From the NCBI GenBank assembly GCA_041739995.1, contig JBGSMV010000012.1:1-23401 (forward strand): a stretch of 23,401 bases of DNA, in the 5' to 3' direction. The stretch comes from Bdellovibrionota bacterium (lineage in GTDB: Bacteria > Bdellovibrionota_C > UBA2361 > JBGSMV01). Shown in pieces: positions 1-9,127 of this stretch (its first letter is position 1; the number at the start of each line of letters is the position of its first letter). Made by a program: the position numbers and the translations under genes. The notes below the pieces were generated by a model. It was given only the letters and a program-made list of their open reading frames with translations. It did not search any database and had not been told where the DNA came from.

Positions 1-1
1 T

Positions 2-1534
2 GACGCACTCACGGCTGAGTACAATCGCATCGTCGGCACCACTACGTTCAACAGCAATAGTCTTTTGGGGCCCGGTTTTGATCGCCTCAGAATTCAAGCC
101 GGCTTCGGCATCGATGGAAGCTTGAGCTTTAACGTGGGAGAGCATACCAAAACTACCAAGGGCACTGGCTCCTTTTCTTCGGCGGGCACCTTCGCCCTTG
201 CAACAAGCGCCGACAAAGTAGTCATGGTTGACGTTAATAGTGACGGAATTCTCGATCTTATTTCAGCTGCCTCGAACGGAGCAGGTGGCTCCCTCCAAGT
301 AAAGCTCGGCATCGGCGATGGAACTTTCGCGGGGGCGGCATCGCTGAGTGATACATTTGGAGGCAGTTACGGCGGTTCTCCAGTGGATATCATAGTTGAT
401 CAGGTGAACGGCTCAGGCGGGGTAGACATCCTTCTGATCATGAACAACATCGTCTCAGGAAATAGTGACGTCTGGCTGTACTCTGGAAATAATAACGGAA
501 CCTTTGCCGCCGAAGTTAGCGTGGTAAACACCAGCAGTGGGTCCAGTCGGTATAACAGCATGGCTTACACCGACTTCGACGGTGACGGGATAAAAGATCT
601 GATCGTCAACGATGACGGGGACTTCGGCGCTGGAGAAATTAACGTCCTTCGTGGTTCCGGCACGGGAACCTTTGCCTCTCAATTGGTTATCTCAAACCCA
701 TACTCAAACATTACGATCGCTGATTTCGATGGTGACGGGGTAAAAGATATCGGAGGTCTAAATAGCGGTGGCACCTTCCAGGTACTGAGGGGAAACGGCG
801 GTTTTTCTTTTGGCTCTGCGATTTCCACCACTCTCGGCTCAGCCGGCACTTCCGTCGTAGCGGGCGACTTCAACCGAGATGGAATACTAGATATCGTCAC
901 CACTCATGCAGGCACGGTTGATGTTCGTTTCGGAAGTGGTGATGGTACTTTTGGTGCCGCCACTTCATACAGCGTCACGGCCGGATCCTCGAAGGACGGA
1001 ATTAAAATGGCAGATATGAATGGTGATGGGATAACTGACCTAGTCACCAACTCAAGGGTGCTGTTCGGCAAGTCGGACGGCAGTTTCGAGAGTCCTGTCA
1101 CCTACGCCGGCTCAGGTATTTTTGCGTTGGGAGATACCAACGGTGATGGAGTGACGGATATCTTCGCAAGCACTACCTCTTACCTTCAAAGCACCGAAGA
1201 GAATGCAAACTCGCAGTATTTCACTTTGTCTACTGCAGAAGACGCGAGAGATGCGATTGACCTAATTGACGCGATCTTCGAAAGAGTCGCACTTGAGAGA
1301 GGTTCGATTGGAAGCTCGCTGAGTCGCCTTTCCAGTGCCCTGAACACCACCAGCTCCACCGCCCTCAACTACACTGCTGCGGAATCGTTAATTCGAGACG
1401 TTGATGTCGCCGCTAGTACTGCGGCGCTAGTACGGGAACAGATTCTGCAACAAGCCACCGCCGCCATCTTGGGGCAAGCCAATCAGGCACCAGCACTGGC
1501 CCTACAACTCCTTCGAATCCAAAGCTCCTCCTGA
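2..1534 (+). CDS. fliC: Flagellin-family protein with about 7 FG-GAP/VCBS repeats in the hypervariable region (5' end outside window)
   Basis: The frame is open from nt 2: DALTAEYNRIVGTTTFNSNSLL...RLRIQAG matches the end of the flagellin N-domain. The C-terminus ERGSIGSSLSRL...AAESLIRDVDVA...ILQQATAAILGQANQAPALALQLLR matches Flagellin_C. The centre has DVNSDGILDL, DQVNGSGGVDI, DFDGDGIKDL, DFDGDGVKDI, DFNRDGILDI, DMNGDGITDL and DTNGDGVTDI. Confidence 0.92.
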   Translation, partial: DALTAEYNRIVGTTTFNSNSLLGPGFDRLRIQAGFGIDGSLSFNVGEHTKTTKGTGSFSSAGTFALATSADKVVMVDVNSDGILDLISAASNGAGGSLQVKLGIGDGTFAGAASLSDTFGGSYGGSPVDIIVDQVNGSGGVDILLIMNNIVSGNSDVWLYSGNNNGTFAAEVSVVNTSSGSSRYNSMAYTDFDGDGIKDLIVNDDGDFGAGEINVLRGSGTGTFASQLVISNPYSNITIADFDGDGVKDIGGLNSGGTFQVLRGNGGFSFGSAISTTLGSAGTSVVAGDFNRDGILDIVTTHAGTVDVRFGSGDGTFGAATSYSVTAGSSKDGIKMADMNGDGITDLVTNSRVLFGKSDGSFESPVTYAGSGIFALGDTNGDGVTDIFASTTSYLQSTEENANSQYFTLSTAEDARDAIDLIDAIFERVALERGSIGSSLSRLSSALNTTSSTALNYTAAESLIRDVDVAASTAALVREQILQQATAAILGQANQAPALALQLLRIQSSS

Positions 1535-1608
1535 GCCTCCGGGCGCAGCTAAACCCTTGGTCCCGCGTGGCACATAGCGCACTACGAGTATAATGAGATC
1601 TCTCAAAA

Positions 1609-1908
1609 TTAACTCTGGCGCCCTCGATCAGCATTCTCAACTTCTAAAGTATCGCCCTGTGTTAGGTTTAGAAATTTAAGCATCTGCTGCATCAGCACTT
1701 TGTGATCTTCCGGGTTCCCCATGTTGAGACGATATTCGTTGAGCACCTTCATCTGCATATCATCTCGCCATTCGCTCCATGCGCGCTGCGAAACAGTATC
1801 AAAGATCTGTTTGCCGACGTGGCCGGGAAATGGTGGTTTCTGGAGTCCAGGCAGCTCTTCCCCATACTTTACGCATTTTACCTTCCGATCTTGTCCTGAT
1901 GACTCCAT
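1609..1908 (-). CDS. yggX: Fe(II)-trafficking / oxidative damage protection protein YggX
   Basis: VKCVKYGEELPGL..PPFPG..GK.IF..VS..AW.EW...QM..LNE.RLNM is the YggX family pattern, including the conserved Cys. Confidence 0.92.
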   Translation of the reverse strand: MESSGQDRKVKCVKYGEELPGLQKPPFPGHVGKQIFDTVSQRAWSEWRDDMQMKVLNEYRLNMGNPEDHKVLMQQMLKFLNLTQGDTLEVENADRGRQS

Positions 1909-2228
1909 ATTGCTTTTCCCTCGTAGATTCTGTGTTCGTGCGCCTCAAAGCGCGCCCTTTTTTACAATGCCCGCCAGACTATCTACAGCTCTGAGAGGGA
2001 AATTGAACGAAATACTCCTGTGAAACACATCAAAAAACGTCCTAACGCTCTATCTTTATTCAATATATTCAGACTCTTATACGAAGATACAAACCCTTTA
2101 CAACCTTTTTACAAAAGCATGACAAACCACCTCCCCAGCCCTGGCACAGTGCCACCATGACCAGTTGGTCCCTTCGAACGCTCAGTTCAGAGGAATCAAC
2201 GGCAAAGGTAGTAGGGAAGGTGGTAGTC

Positions 2229-2882
2229 ATGATGGACAAAAAGCTTGATACCGATTTGGTTGCTGAGTTCCGCAAAGGAGATGTTGATGCCTATGCCGAG
2301 CTTCTTAATCGTTATACCCAGAAGGTTCACAATCTTGCACTTCGCATCACCAGAAACGCGGAAGATGCCGAAGAGGTCCTTCAAGATGTCTTCGTCACGG
2401 TCTATCGCAAGATAGACAAGTTCGAGGGCAAATCAGCTTTCTCAAGCTGGCTCTACAGAATCACCGCCAACACGGCATTCATGAAACTCCGTAAGCGCAA
2501 GCAAACTCCTGCTATATCGCTGGAGGATGTCGCTCAACCGATACGCGACAACTATGTCGGAGATCGTAGCGACCTGAGCGATACAAACTTTATGTGCTCA
2601 AAGCACGAGCTCAGAGAGGAAATTGAGCGCGCTGTGGCAAAGCTACCAGAGGAATACCGCATTATCTTCGTGCTAAGAGATATCGATGGGCTCTCAAATC
2701 AAGAAGTGGGAGAAATTCTGCACCTCTCAGTCCCTGCGGTGAAATCACGCCTGCATCGCTCGCGCTTAATGCTTCGCAGAAAGCTTCAGAAATTTTATGA
2801 CGACTACTGCAGTGAGGACGAGATTGCCTACGGTCCAAGCGGTGCCTCACTACGACGGGAGGACAAGTCAGTAGCAGCCTAA
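2229..2882 (+). CDS. ECF (sigma-70 group 4) RNA polymerase sigma factor
   Basis: Region 2 DAEEVLQDVF...FSSWLYRITAN and region 4 LPEEYRIIFVLRDIDGLSNQEVGEILHLSVPAVKSRLHRSR. ATG 2229 follows GGGAAGG; the ORF is open from 2157. Confidence 0.93.
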   Translation: MMDKKLDTDLVAEFRKGDVDAYAELLNRYTQKVHNLALRITRNAEDAEEVLQDVFVTVYRKIDKFEGKSAFSSWLYRITANTAFMKLRKRKQTPAISLEDVAQPIRDNYVGDRSDLSDTNFMCSKHELREEIERAVAKLPEEYRIIFVLRDIDGLSNQEVGEILHLSVPAVKSRLHRSRLMLRRKLQKFYDDYCSEDEIAYGPSGASLRREDKSVAA

Positions 2883-2906
2883 CTGACCTGTCCGCACTGA
2901 ACGCCT

Positions 2907-2962
2907 AGAAAGGTCTCTGTGGGGGTTTGTATACGCTCCCCAGAGGCCTTTCTCCTTTTGTT
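2907..2962 (+). terminator. Probable intrinsic terminator after the ECF sigma gene
   Basis: AGAAAGGTCTCTG...CAGAGGCCTTTCT stem with an inner GGGG/CCCC pair, followed by CCTTTTGTT. Confidence 0.65.
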
Positions 2963-3065
2963 CCCCTTAAATTCTGCCGATTTCATGCTGGCTAGCTTTT
3001 GATAGAGTGTCCTCGAAGGGGCACCTTGCCCGCTTGTCGCACCCGTCTGGAACTTAAAGGTTTCA

Positions 3066-5006
3066 ATGACTTTCCTTGAGTGGTTCTCTTTTAGTCACGC
3101 GTCGCTGCTCGCATTCTTCGTCCTACCGTTTGCCGTGTACGCCTACGGTGCCACATTCTGGTACATGCCGCTTCGTGTACGAATTTTTAACTGGTCTATT
3201 ATCGTCACTTCAGGCGTAGCGGTATTGCTCACGCTTATTGAACTAAAAAATATCGTCGTCGCTGGCACGCCCAATCTCGCTCTTCTTGGCGTCTTGCACT
3301 TAGGACCCCCTTTGCTTGCCATTTGCGCCATATTGCTCGATCCAAGGCCGGCTGGCTCAAAACGCTCTTCACGAGGCGACGGTTCACCTAAGCCGTATAA
3401 GGCCAAGTCTCTAAGCAAGCAGATTGAGCGCCTGTCCTGGGACGAACTAATTATAGGCGAGGATCTTAAACGTGAACTTAATTCTGTAGTCGACCTGCTC
3501 CGAGACCCCGACACGGCCGACCGCTACGGCATCGAAACACCAAAAGGCATCTTGTTCGCAGGCCCTCCGGGCACTGGGAAAACCACCATCGCCCGAGTAG
3601 TGGCCAGTGTAGCGGGGCTGCAGTTTTTTGCATTTCGCGCTGACGAGGTCGTGTCTAAGTGGGTAGGAGAGTCAGAGAAGAACCTCACAGGACTTTTCGA
3701 GTCGGCAGCCAAGGCATCTCCCGCTGTGATTTTCATTGATGAGATCGACGCCATCGGGCGCAAACGCTCAGACGCTCAGTCTGACTCCGGCGACAGTTTG
3801 CTTAACCACCTCCTACAGCTGATGGATGGGATTGTAAAAACCAGGGGGCTTTACATTATCGCCGCCACTAATAGGCCTGACCTAGTCGACGATGCGCTAA
3901 AACGTGCCGGACGCCTTAATCGCACAATTATGATTCCCCTCCCTGACCAGCAGGCCCGACAAAAACTCTTTGAACTTTACCTCAAGAATCTTTCTCTTCG
4001 CGGAGACGTGGACTTAGACGCGCTCACTAGAGCAACCGATGGGAGCTCTGCCGCTGATATTAAAGAGATCTGTAATCAGGCGGGTATTCACGCCTACCAG
4101 CGTGAATCTTCCCTGGGCAAAGACCAGCGCGAGTTCCAAGTGAGCTCTGAGGATATCGAAGCTGCGCTCGAAGATTTTGCCATTGAGGAAGATGACGATC
4201 TCACCGACGAACCAAAATCAGTCGGAGACCTGCGGCCCCTCAACAGCGAAGTTGAGCAAATCACTTGGAATGACGTCATCATCGATCCCGAGGTTAGATC
4301 CGAGCTCGAGTCCGTAGTTACCCTCCTCAAGGACCCTGGAAGTGCTCGCAACTACGGCATTGATGTGCCAAAGGGAATTCTTTTAAACGGCCCCCCCGGA
4401 ACCGGCAAAACAACTCTCGCTAAGATCATAGCCACCACGGCGGGGCTCTCCTTCTTTGTTCTAAAAACTGACGAGGTAATTTCAAAGTGGGTTGGAGAAT
4501 CAGAAAAGAACCTTACTCGCCTTTTCAAAGCCGCGGCGAAACATGCACCCTCAGTGATTTTTATCGACGAGGTTGATTCGATTGGCAAAAACCGCGCGGA
4601 AGGAAACGCGCAGCATGCCGACAACCTACTTAACCACTTGCTTCAGCTGATTGACGGCGTAATCAAGCGTGAAGGTGTCTATGTTATTGCGGCAACTAAC
4701 CGTGCTGACCTGGTCGACCCCGCACTGAAGCGCGGTGGTCGTTTGAATAAGGTCATTGAAATTCCACTTCCATCCTTAGAAGCTCGCAAACAACTGTTCG
4801 AACTTTATTTGAAAAAATTGCGTTTGAGCGAGCCGCCCGACCTCGACCATCTCGCTTCTTTAACCGAAGGAAAGGCCGCCGCAGACATTCGCACTATCTG
4901 CAATCAGGCAGGACTAAACGCATTTAAGCGAGAGTCTTCGTCGGGGTCCAGAGAGTTCATAGTTTCGTCCGAGGACCTGGACTCAGCGATCGAGGAACTC
5001 ACCTAA
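3066..5006 (+). CDS. Membrane-anchored tandem AAA+ ATPase (Cdc48/VAT/FtsH classic clade, no protease domain)
   Basis: About 3 hydrophobic segments in the first ~90 aa, then two AAA modules. Each has Walker A GPPGTGKT, pore loop KWVG, Walker B IFIDE and SRH AATNR.DLVD.ALKR.GRL. Confidence 0.9.
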   Translation: MTFLEWFSFSHASLLAFFVLPFAVYAYGATFWYMPLRVRIFNWSIIVTSGVAVLLTLIELKNIVVAGTPNLALLGVLHLGPPLLAICAILLDPRPAGSKRSSRGDGSPKPYKAKSLSKQIERLSWDELIIGEDLKRELNSVVDLLRDPDTADRYGIETPKGILFAGPPGTGKTTIARVVASVAGLQFFAFRADEVVSKWVGESEKNLTGLFESAAKASPAVIFIDEIDAIGRKRSDAQSDSGDSLLNHLLQLMDGIVKTRGLYIIAATNRPDLVDDALKRAGRLNRTIMIPLPDQQARQKLFELYLKNLSLRGDVDLDALTRATDGSSAADIKEICNQAGIHAYQRESSLGKDQREFQVSSEDIEAALEDFAIEEDDDLTDEPKSVGDLRPLNSEVEQITWNDVIIDPEVRSELESVVTLLKDPGSARNYGIDVPKGILLNGPPGTGKTTLAKIIATTAGLSFFVLKTDEVISKWVGESEKNLTRLFKAAAKHAPSVIFIDEVDSIGKNRAEGNAQHADNLLNHLLQLIDGVIKREGVYVIAATNRADLVDPALKRGGRLNKVIEIPLPSLEARKQLFELYLKKLRLSEPPDLDHLASLTEGKAAADIRTICNQAGLNAFKRESSSGSREFIVSSEDLDSAIEELT

Positions 5007-5035
5007 GGTCTTGAGTTCAGAGTTGGACGAATAAT

Positions 5036-5107
5036 TCTCGCCACGCTCGCTGAGCTCTTTGTCAAAATTTATTCAATTACACAATGAGTTCAGCGAGACC
5101 AACGAGA
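5036..5107. repeat. Long imperfect inverted repeat between convergent genes (possible bidirectional terminator)
   Basis: CTCGCTGAGCTC (5046-5057) pairs with GAGTTCAGCGAG (5086-5097), with an outer TCTCG/CGAGA pair and an AT-rich loop. Confidence 0.5.
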
Positions 5108-5174
5108 AAGACGCTTAAATGAACTTTTGACTGAGAGCCCCGGCAGAAGGTGAAAAAAGTCTTTGACAACCATA

Positions 5175-6053
5175 CTAGACGGACCCAAGCTCAGCATTTC
5201 GAGGAATCGCATCTGCTGCCCCTGGCCTTGCCACACATAGCGAGGCTGCTTTGGCGCCGCGTTCAAGGCACACCGCTGGTGGACACCCTTCAAACAAAGC
5301 CGACATGAAATATCCCAAAAAGGTGTCGCCTGCCGCCGTGCTATCGACCACATCGACTGGCAACGCTTGCTGCAAAAGCATCTCACCGTTCGCCACATAT
5401 ATCGACCCACGCTCGCCCAGTGTCGCAACAATCTCAGTGCTGGGCAGCAGCTTGTGCAGATATCGCAACCCGGGCTCTGCCATGGAGTGCCCAGAAAGCT
5501 GCGCAAGCTCGCGCTCATTCACAAAAAGGTAGTCAATAGCTCCAAGCGCATACTCTTTCACTTCATCAAGCATTGGTGAAGGGGTGAACACAATCTGCAT
5601 TCCTCGAGCACGACCTTCCTTGATAAACTCATTCACTGAACTAATTTCGTTCTGTAACACAAGCACATCACCGGTAGAGCAATTCTTGAGCAGTTGTTTG
5701 GGGTCTTCAGGAACGAAGGTGTGGTTTGCCCCCGCAAACAATAAGATGCTGTTGTCGCCCGAGTCCGTGACTTGAATGACCGCGTGTCCCGTAGGGCCAT
5801 CGACATAGGCACAACCACTGGTGTCGATCTGCTCTCTGTTAAGGTGCTCGATGAGGACCGTCCCATCAGCGCCTACCCTTCCAATAAATGAAACTTGAGT
5901 TCCCGCGCGCGCCAGCGCGATGGCCTGATTAAGGCCTTTGCCGCCACAGAAAACTTCTCGGCGAGTAGCCGCTAAAGTCTCCCCGTCACGGACGAAATGG
6001 GGGACCTTATAGACCAAATCTAAGTTGGCAGATCCGCAACAATATACCTTCAT
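5175..6053 (-). CDS. rbsK: Ribokinase (PfkB family)
   Basis: GSANLD, GGKGLNQAIALARAG, LQNE, FVNERE, DSTAAGDTF. Confidence 0.92.
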   Translation of the reverse strand: MKVYCCGSANLDLVYKVPHFVRDGETLAATRREVFCGGKGLNQAIALARAGTQVSFIGRVGADGTVLIEHLNREQIDTSGCAYVDGPTGHAVIQVTDSGDNSILLFAGANHTFVPEDPKQLLKNCSTGDVLVLQNEISSVNEFIKEGRARGMQIVFTPSPMLDEVKEYALGAIDYLFVNERELAQLSGHSMAEPGLRYLHKLLPSTEIVATLGERGSIYVANGEMLLQQALPVDVVDSTAAGDTFLGYFMSALFEGCPPAVCLERGAKAASLCVARPGAADAIPRNAELGSV

Positions 6054-6964
6054 AATTCCTGATTTATTCCCTGTATGAGGTCGGCCCTAAACACTGCAGG
6101 GTCAATGCGCTCCACCACACTCACATTATGTTTTTTATTCGGTACTGCGCGCAAATCAGCTACGAGCATCCCTCTCGTAAAATCGCCTTGAGTCTCAACC
6201 ACCACATCGTGCTCTACGACTGTAGCAGCTTTGGGATTAACGAGAAAATGGAGCGCCAGCGGATCGTACATAATCGCACCGCGAATGCCTTCCTCCGCCT
6301 CATTTGCTTCAATGTAGGGTTCCATCAGGTCGAGCGCCATGGTTCGACTCGCTTCATCTCGAATCCCTAGGAAGTCCTCGCGCTGCAACACCACCTGGAA
6401 ACAAGCATCCAGCGTAATAAGTGTTTTGGAGAACGCATGCTCAATAACTCGCTTGGCAGCTTCTGGATCAACCCAGAAGTTGAACTCCGCCACGCGACCC
6501 TTATTGCCCGGCGGACGAACCGCACCACCAAGAATAATCACTTTTTTGGCCTTCTCTATGGCGCCAGGAAATCGCTCAATGAGATTTGCGAGGTTGGTGA
6601 GAGGCCCGAGCGCTACGATGGAGATCCTGCCTGGCTCAGCGCACAAAAATTCATTCATGCGCTCTACCGCGTCATTGGTCAGCTCAATTTCGCCTGGGGC
6701 GACAATCCGTCCAAGACAACTCTCGCCATGCACGACCGCTGGCTGCCATTGAGCGTTTAACGGAGTCTTTGCGCCTGAGAATACGGGGATTTCGGGCTTA
6801 CCAAGGGCGTCCAGCACATAGCGTGCGTTCTTGGTCACTAATTCGATTGGGCCATTTCCACAGACAGTGGTAAGCGCTCGGATGCGAAATCGTCCGCAGC
6901 GAACCGCAAACATAATCGCCAGGGCGTCGTCACATCCGGGGTCCGTGTCGATGATAACATCCAT
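6050..6964 (-). CDS. Nucleoside hydrolase (IU-NH / Rih family)
   Basis: DTDPGCDDALA (DxDxxxDD), TTVCGN, VHG, LGPLTNLA, AEFNFWVDPEAA, MYDP. Its stop overlaps the rbsK start (ATGA). Confidence 0.93.
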   Translation of the reverse strand: MDVIIDTDPGCDDALAIMFAVRCGRFRIRALTTVCGNGPIELVTKNARYVLDALGKPEIPVFSGAKTPLNAQWQPAVVHGESCLGRIVAPGEIELTNDAVERMNEFLCAEPGRISIVALGPLTNLANLIERFPGAIEKAKKVIILGGAVRPPGNKGRVAEFNFWVDPEAAKRVIEHAFSKTLITLDACFQVVLQREDFLGIRDEASRTMALDLMEPYIEANEAEEGIRGAIMYDPLALHFLVNPKAATVVEHDVVVETQGDFTRGMLVADLRAVPNKKHNVSVVERIDPAVFRADLIQGINQEL

Positions 6965-6997
6965 TTTATCTCGCCAAGTCTAATTTTGGCAGAAACA

Positions 6998-8959
6998 CTA
7001 CGCCCCGTTCTGCCGCTCTTTTAACCGAGCATATTCGATCTGGTGGAGAAGATTAACTACCCCAAGGGTCAAGTTGACTGTAGTGCTATAGCGACATTGT
7101 GCAAGTTGCCCGTCGGTAAGGCTATGATTCCCGACCATCCCGACATCTACACCACCGTTTGGCTCCACGAAGTCGCTCATGGAATTGCCAATCATTGTCA
7201 CTCGATGGCCAAATTTAGCGAGCATACGAAGCGTATCAGCTTTGCCGCTTCGAATTGGGCAAGGATGCATGGCGAAGAAACCGTAAATTCCCGCACGAGG
7301 ACTTGCGTCTACTCCAAAGGTCTGCAAATTAGCTTCATCTTCGAACTCCCGCTTCAGGTCCTCGATGAAATCAACATCTCCAAATACACTGATGGAGGTC
7401 TGACGATCTCTACCAAAACTGTAGGTCCCTGTTTCGATCCTTGAGCCTGAACCTCCGAACTCGACCGCAACGCGATCATCCCTGACGGTGAGTTGTCTCC
7501 GACTAGCCACCTGATTAATTCGATCTCTAAGTGCGTCAATGTTTTCAAGTCGCCGTAAAATTGTCTTCTTCCCGCTATTTGAAATTATATTTCCGTTCTC
7601 AGCGATAATGGGCCCCGTAATACCAAACTGTGCCGCAAAATTGATCATCTGAGGCAAGGGGCTATCAGAGCAAAGCCCTACACTCACTCCAAGATCTTGA
7701 AGCTTTCTGATGCGTCGTTGAAGCTGCTCTGTCACCAGAGCATTCACCTCAGAGTCTCCCGACTTGAGAATGGTGTCGTTGATGTCAAGGAAGACTATAT
7801 CCTGCGGCAACCCTAGCGGCCTTAAGTCGCTTTGCACCCTCTCCAGCTCTGTACGCCGATTAATTCGATGCTCAAGTCGTTCACTGCACGAAGCCAAAAG
7901 TCCTTGCACAGGAGACTTTTCGTCAAACCCATGAAGCACCATTAACCGTCCGAACAAAGGATCAAGATCCGCCACAACGGGCTCCTTCCCGGTGACTTCG
8001 GCCCAGGCTCTAAAAAATCCTTGGTTCAAGGTTATCAGTCGACGAGAAAATGGTGTCGCCTCATTTGCGGGGATACTGGCACGATCTACTGGGCTGCCAA
8101 ACGGCAGCACATAAGGAGCACGAGCGAGCTTTTTATTAGGAAGCTCCACCACGCAACCCGCCGACCCAATCAAAAAATATCGCGGCTCAACGAGGTCGGC
8201 GCGCTCCAGAATACGATCTCCAACGAAGCCCTTTACCGGCTTTACTTCAATGCCGTCAAGCTTGAGAGAGTTTACCCGAGTATAGGTAGTAACACTCTTA
8301 ACAGAAATTTCCTGCTGTCGAAGAAGAGAAACGACGCTTTCAATCGTCTTGCCCGAGAAGGCATGGTCGTCGACCAACACTACTTCCGAGATGCCTCTTT
8401 CAGCCAAAGCCCCTTTGAGAGCTCTAAGTTGCTCGTCGATTGCATCACTTCCCGGTCGACTGGTATGGGTAAAGAATCTCCCGCCACCGAGAGAGAACAA
8501 GCGTGATAGGCCTAGGCTAAAATCTGCCCAAGCATCACCTTCATTAAGGGAAACAGTAAAGGCACCAGAAGCATGTCCGCGAACACCAGCAGTTACTTCC
8601 GCAAGATCTAATGCGCAGACTTTAATCTGCTTCCCGCTCGAATTTCCTGACTCTCGGATTGCCTGCAACGTGCCACTCACGAAGCGATCGTATGCTGAGG
8701 CCAGCTTATCAATAAATCGACACTGAAGCTGTTCATCCCTTGGATGCTGAACAACTGCAAGCGGCAAGAGCGCCCTGAAATGGTCAGGGACCGTTACAAA
8801 GGTAAAGGCATCAGACGGCAAGGTGATCTGAGACCCGGATGTATCCAGATCAGATGGATGCTTATATTTATCAGCAAGCCTTTGCTGCAGCCTGACTGCT
8901 CCTGCATTGCGCGACATGACCGTCCTCGATGTTTGGAATTGCAGTAGATTGAACCGCAT
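6998..8959 (-). CDS. Fusion protein: type I phosphoribosyltransferase-like domain plus C-terminal HAD (Cof/IIB-like) hydrolase domain
   Basis: PRPP-loop-like VVLVDDHAFSGKTI; HAD motifs VFLDINDTIL, CSDS, GPIIAENG, SGKA, VTMIGNSMSD. The start codon is uncertain. Confidence 0.7.
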   Translation of the reverse strand: MRFNLLQFQTSRTVMSRNAGAVRLQQRLADKYKHPSDLDTSGSQITLPSDAFTFVTVPDHFRALLPLAVVQHPRDEQLQCRFIDKLASAYDRFVSGTLQAIRESGNSSGKQIKVCALDLAEVTAGVRGHASGAFTVSLNEGDAWADFSLGLSRLFSLGGGRFFTHTSRPGSDAIDEQLRALKGALAERGISEVVLVDDHAFSGKTIESVVSLLRQQEISVKSVTTYTRVNSLKLDGIEVKPVKGFVGDRILERADLVEPRYFLIGSAGCVVELPNKKLARAPYVLPFGSPVDRASIPANEATPFSRRLITLNQGFFRAWAEVTGKEPVVADLDPLFGRLMVLHGFDEKSPVQGLLASCSERLEHRINRRTELERVQSDLRPLGLPQDIVFLDINDTILKSGDSEVNALVTEQLQRRIRKLQDLGVSVGLCSDSPLPQMINFAAQFGITGPIIAENGNIISNSGKKTILRRLENIDALRDRINQVASRRQLTVRDDRVAVEFGGSGSRIETGTYSFGRDRQTSISVFGDVDFIEDLKREFEDEANLQTFGVDASPRAGIYGFFAMHPCPIRSGKADTLRMLAKFGHRVTMIGNSMSDFVEPNGGVDVGMVGNHSLTDGQLAQCRYSTTVNLTLGVVNLLHQIEYARLKERQNGA

Positions 8960-9127
8960 GGGCGAATCTGAATCAAGTCAGAGCCCTAGGAACCCGCGCG
9001 GCTCCGAAATCTTGAGTTTCTACAGCAGTTTCACTAACTCATAAGTCGCCCTTGGTAGGGCATTTTGCTCACCGCCGCAAGAAACCATGCGCTTGACTAG
9101 CGCCGAAGACGCAGCGCAAGACGGTTC

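Noticed and set aside
2976..3055. GCCGATTT (sigma28 -10-like) and GGAACTT (sigmaE -35-like) upstream of the AAA ATPase
   Set aside because: The first has no matching -35 at 15 nt, and the second is so close to the ATG that its -10 would fall inside the CDS.
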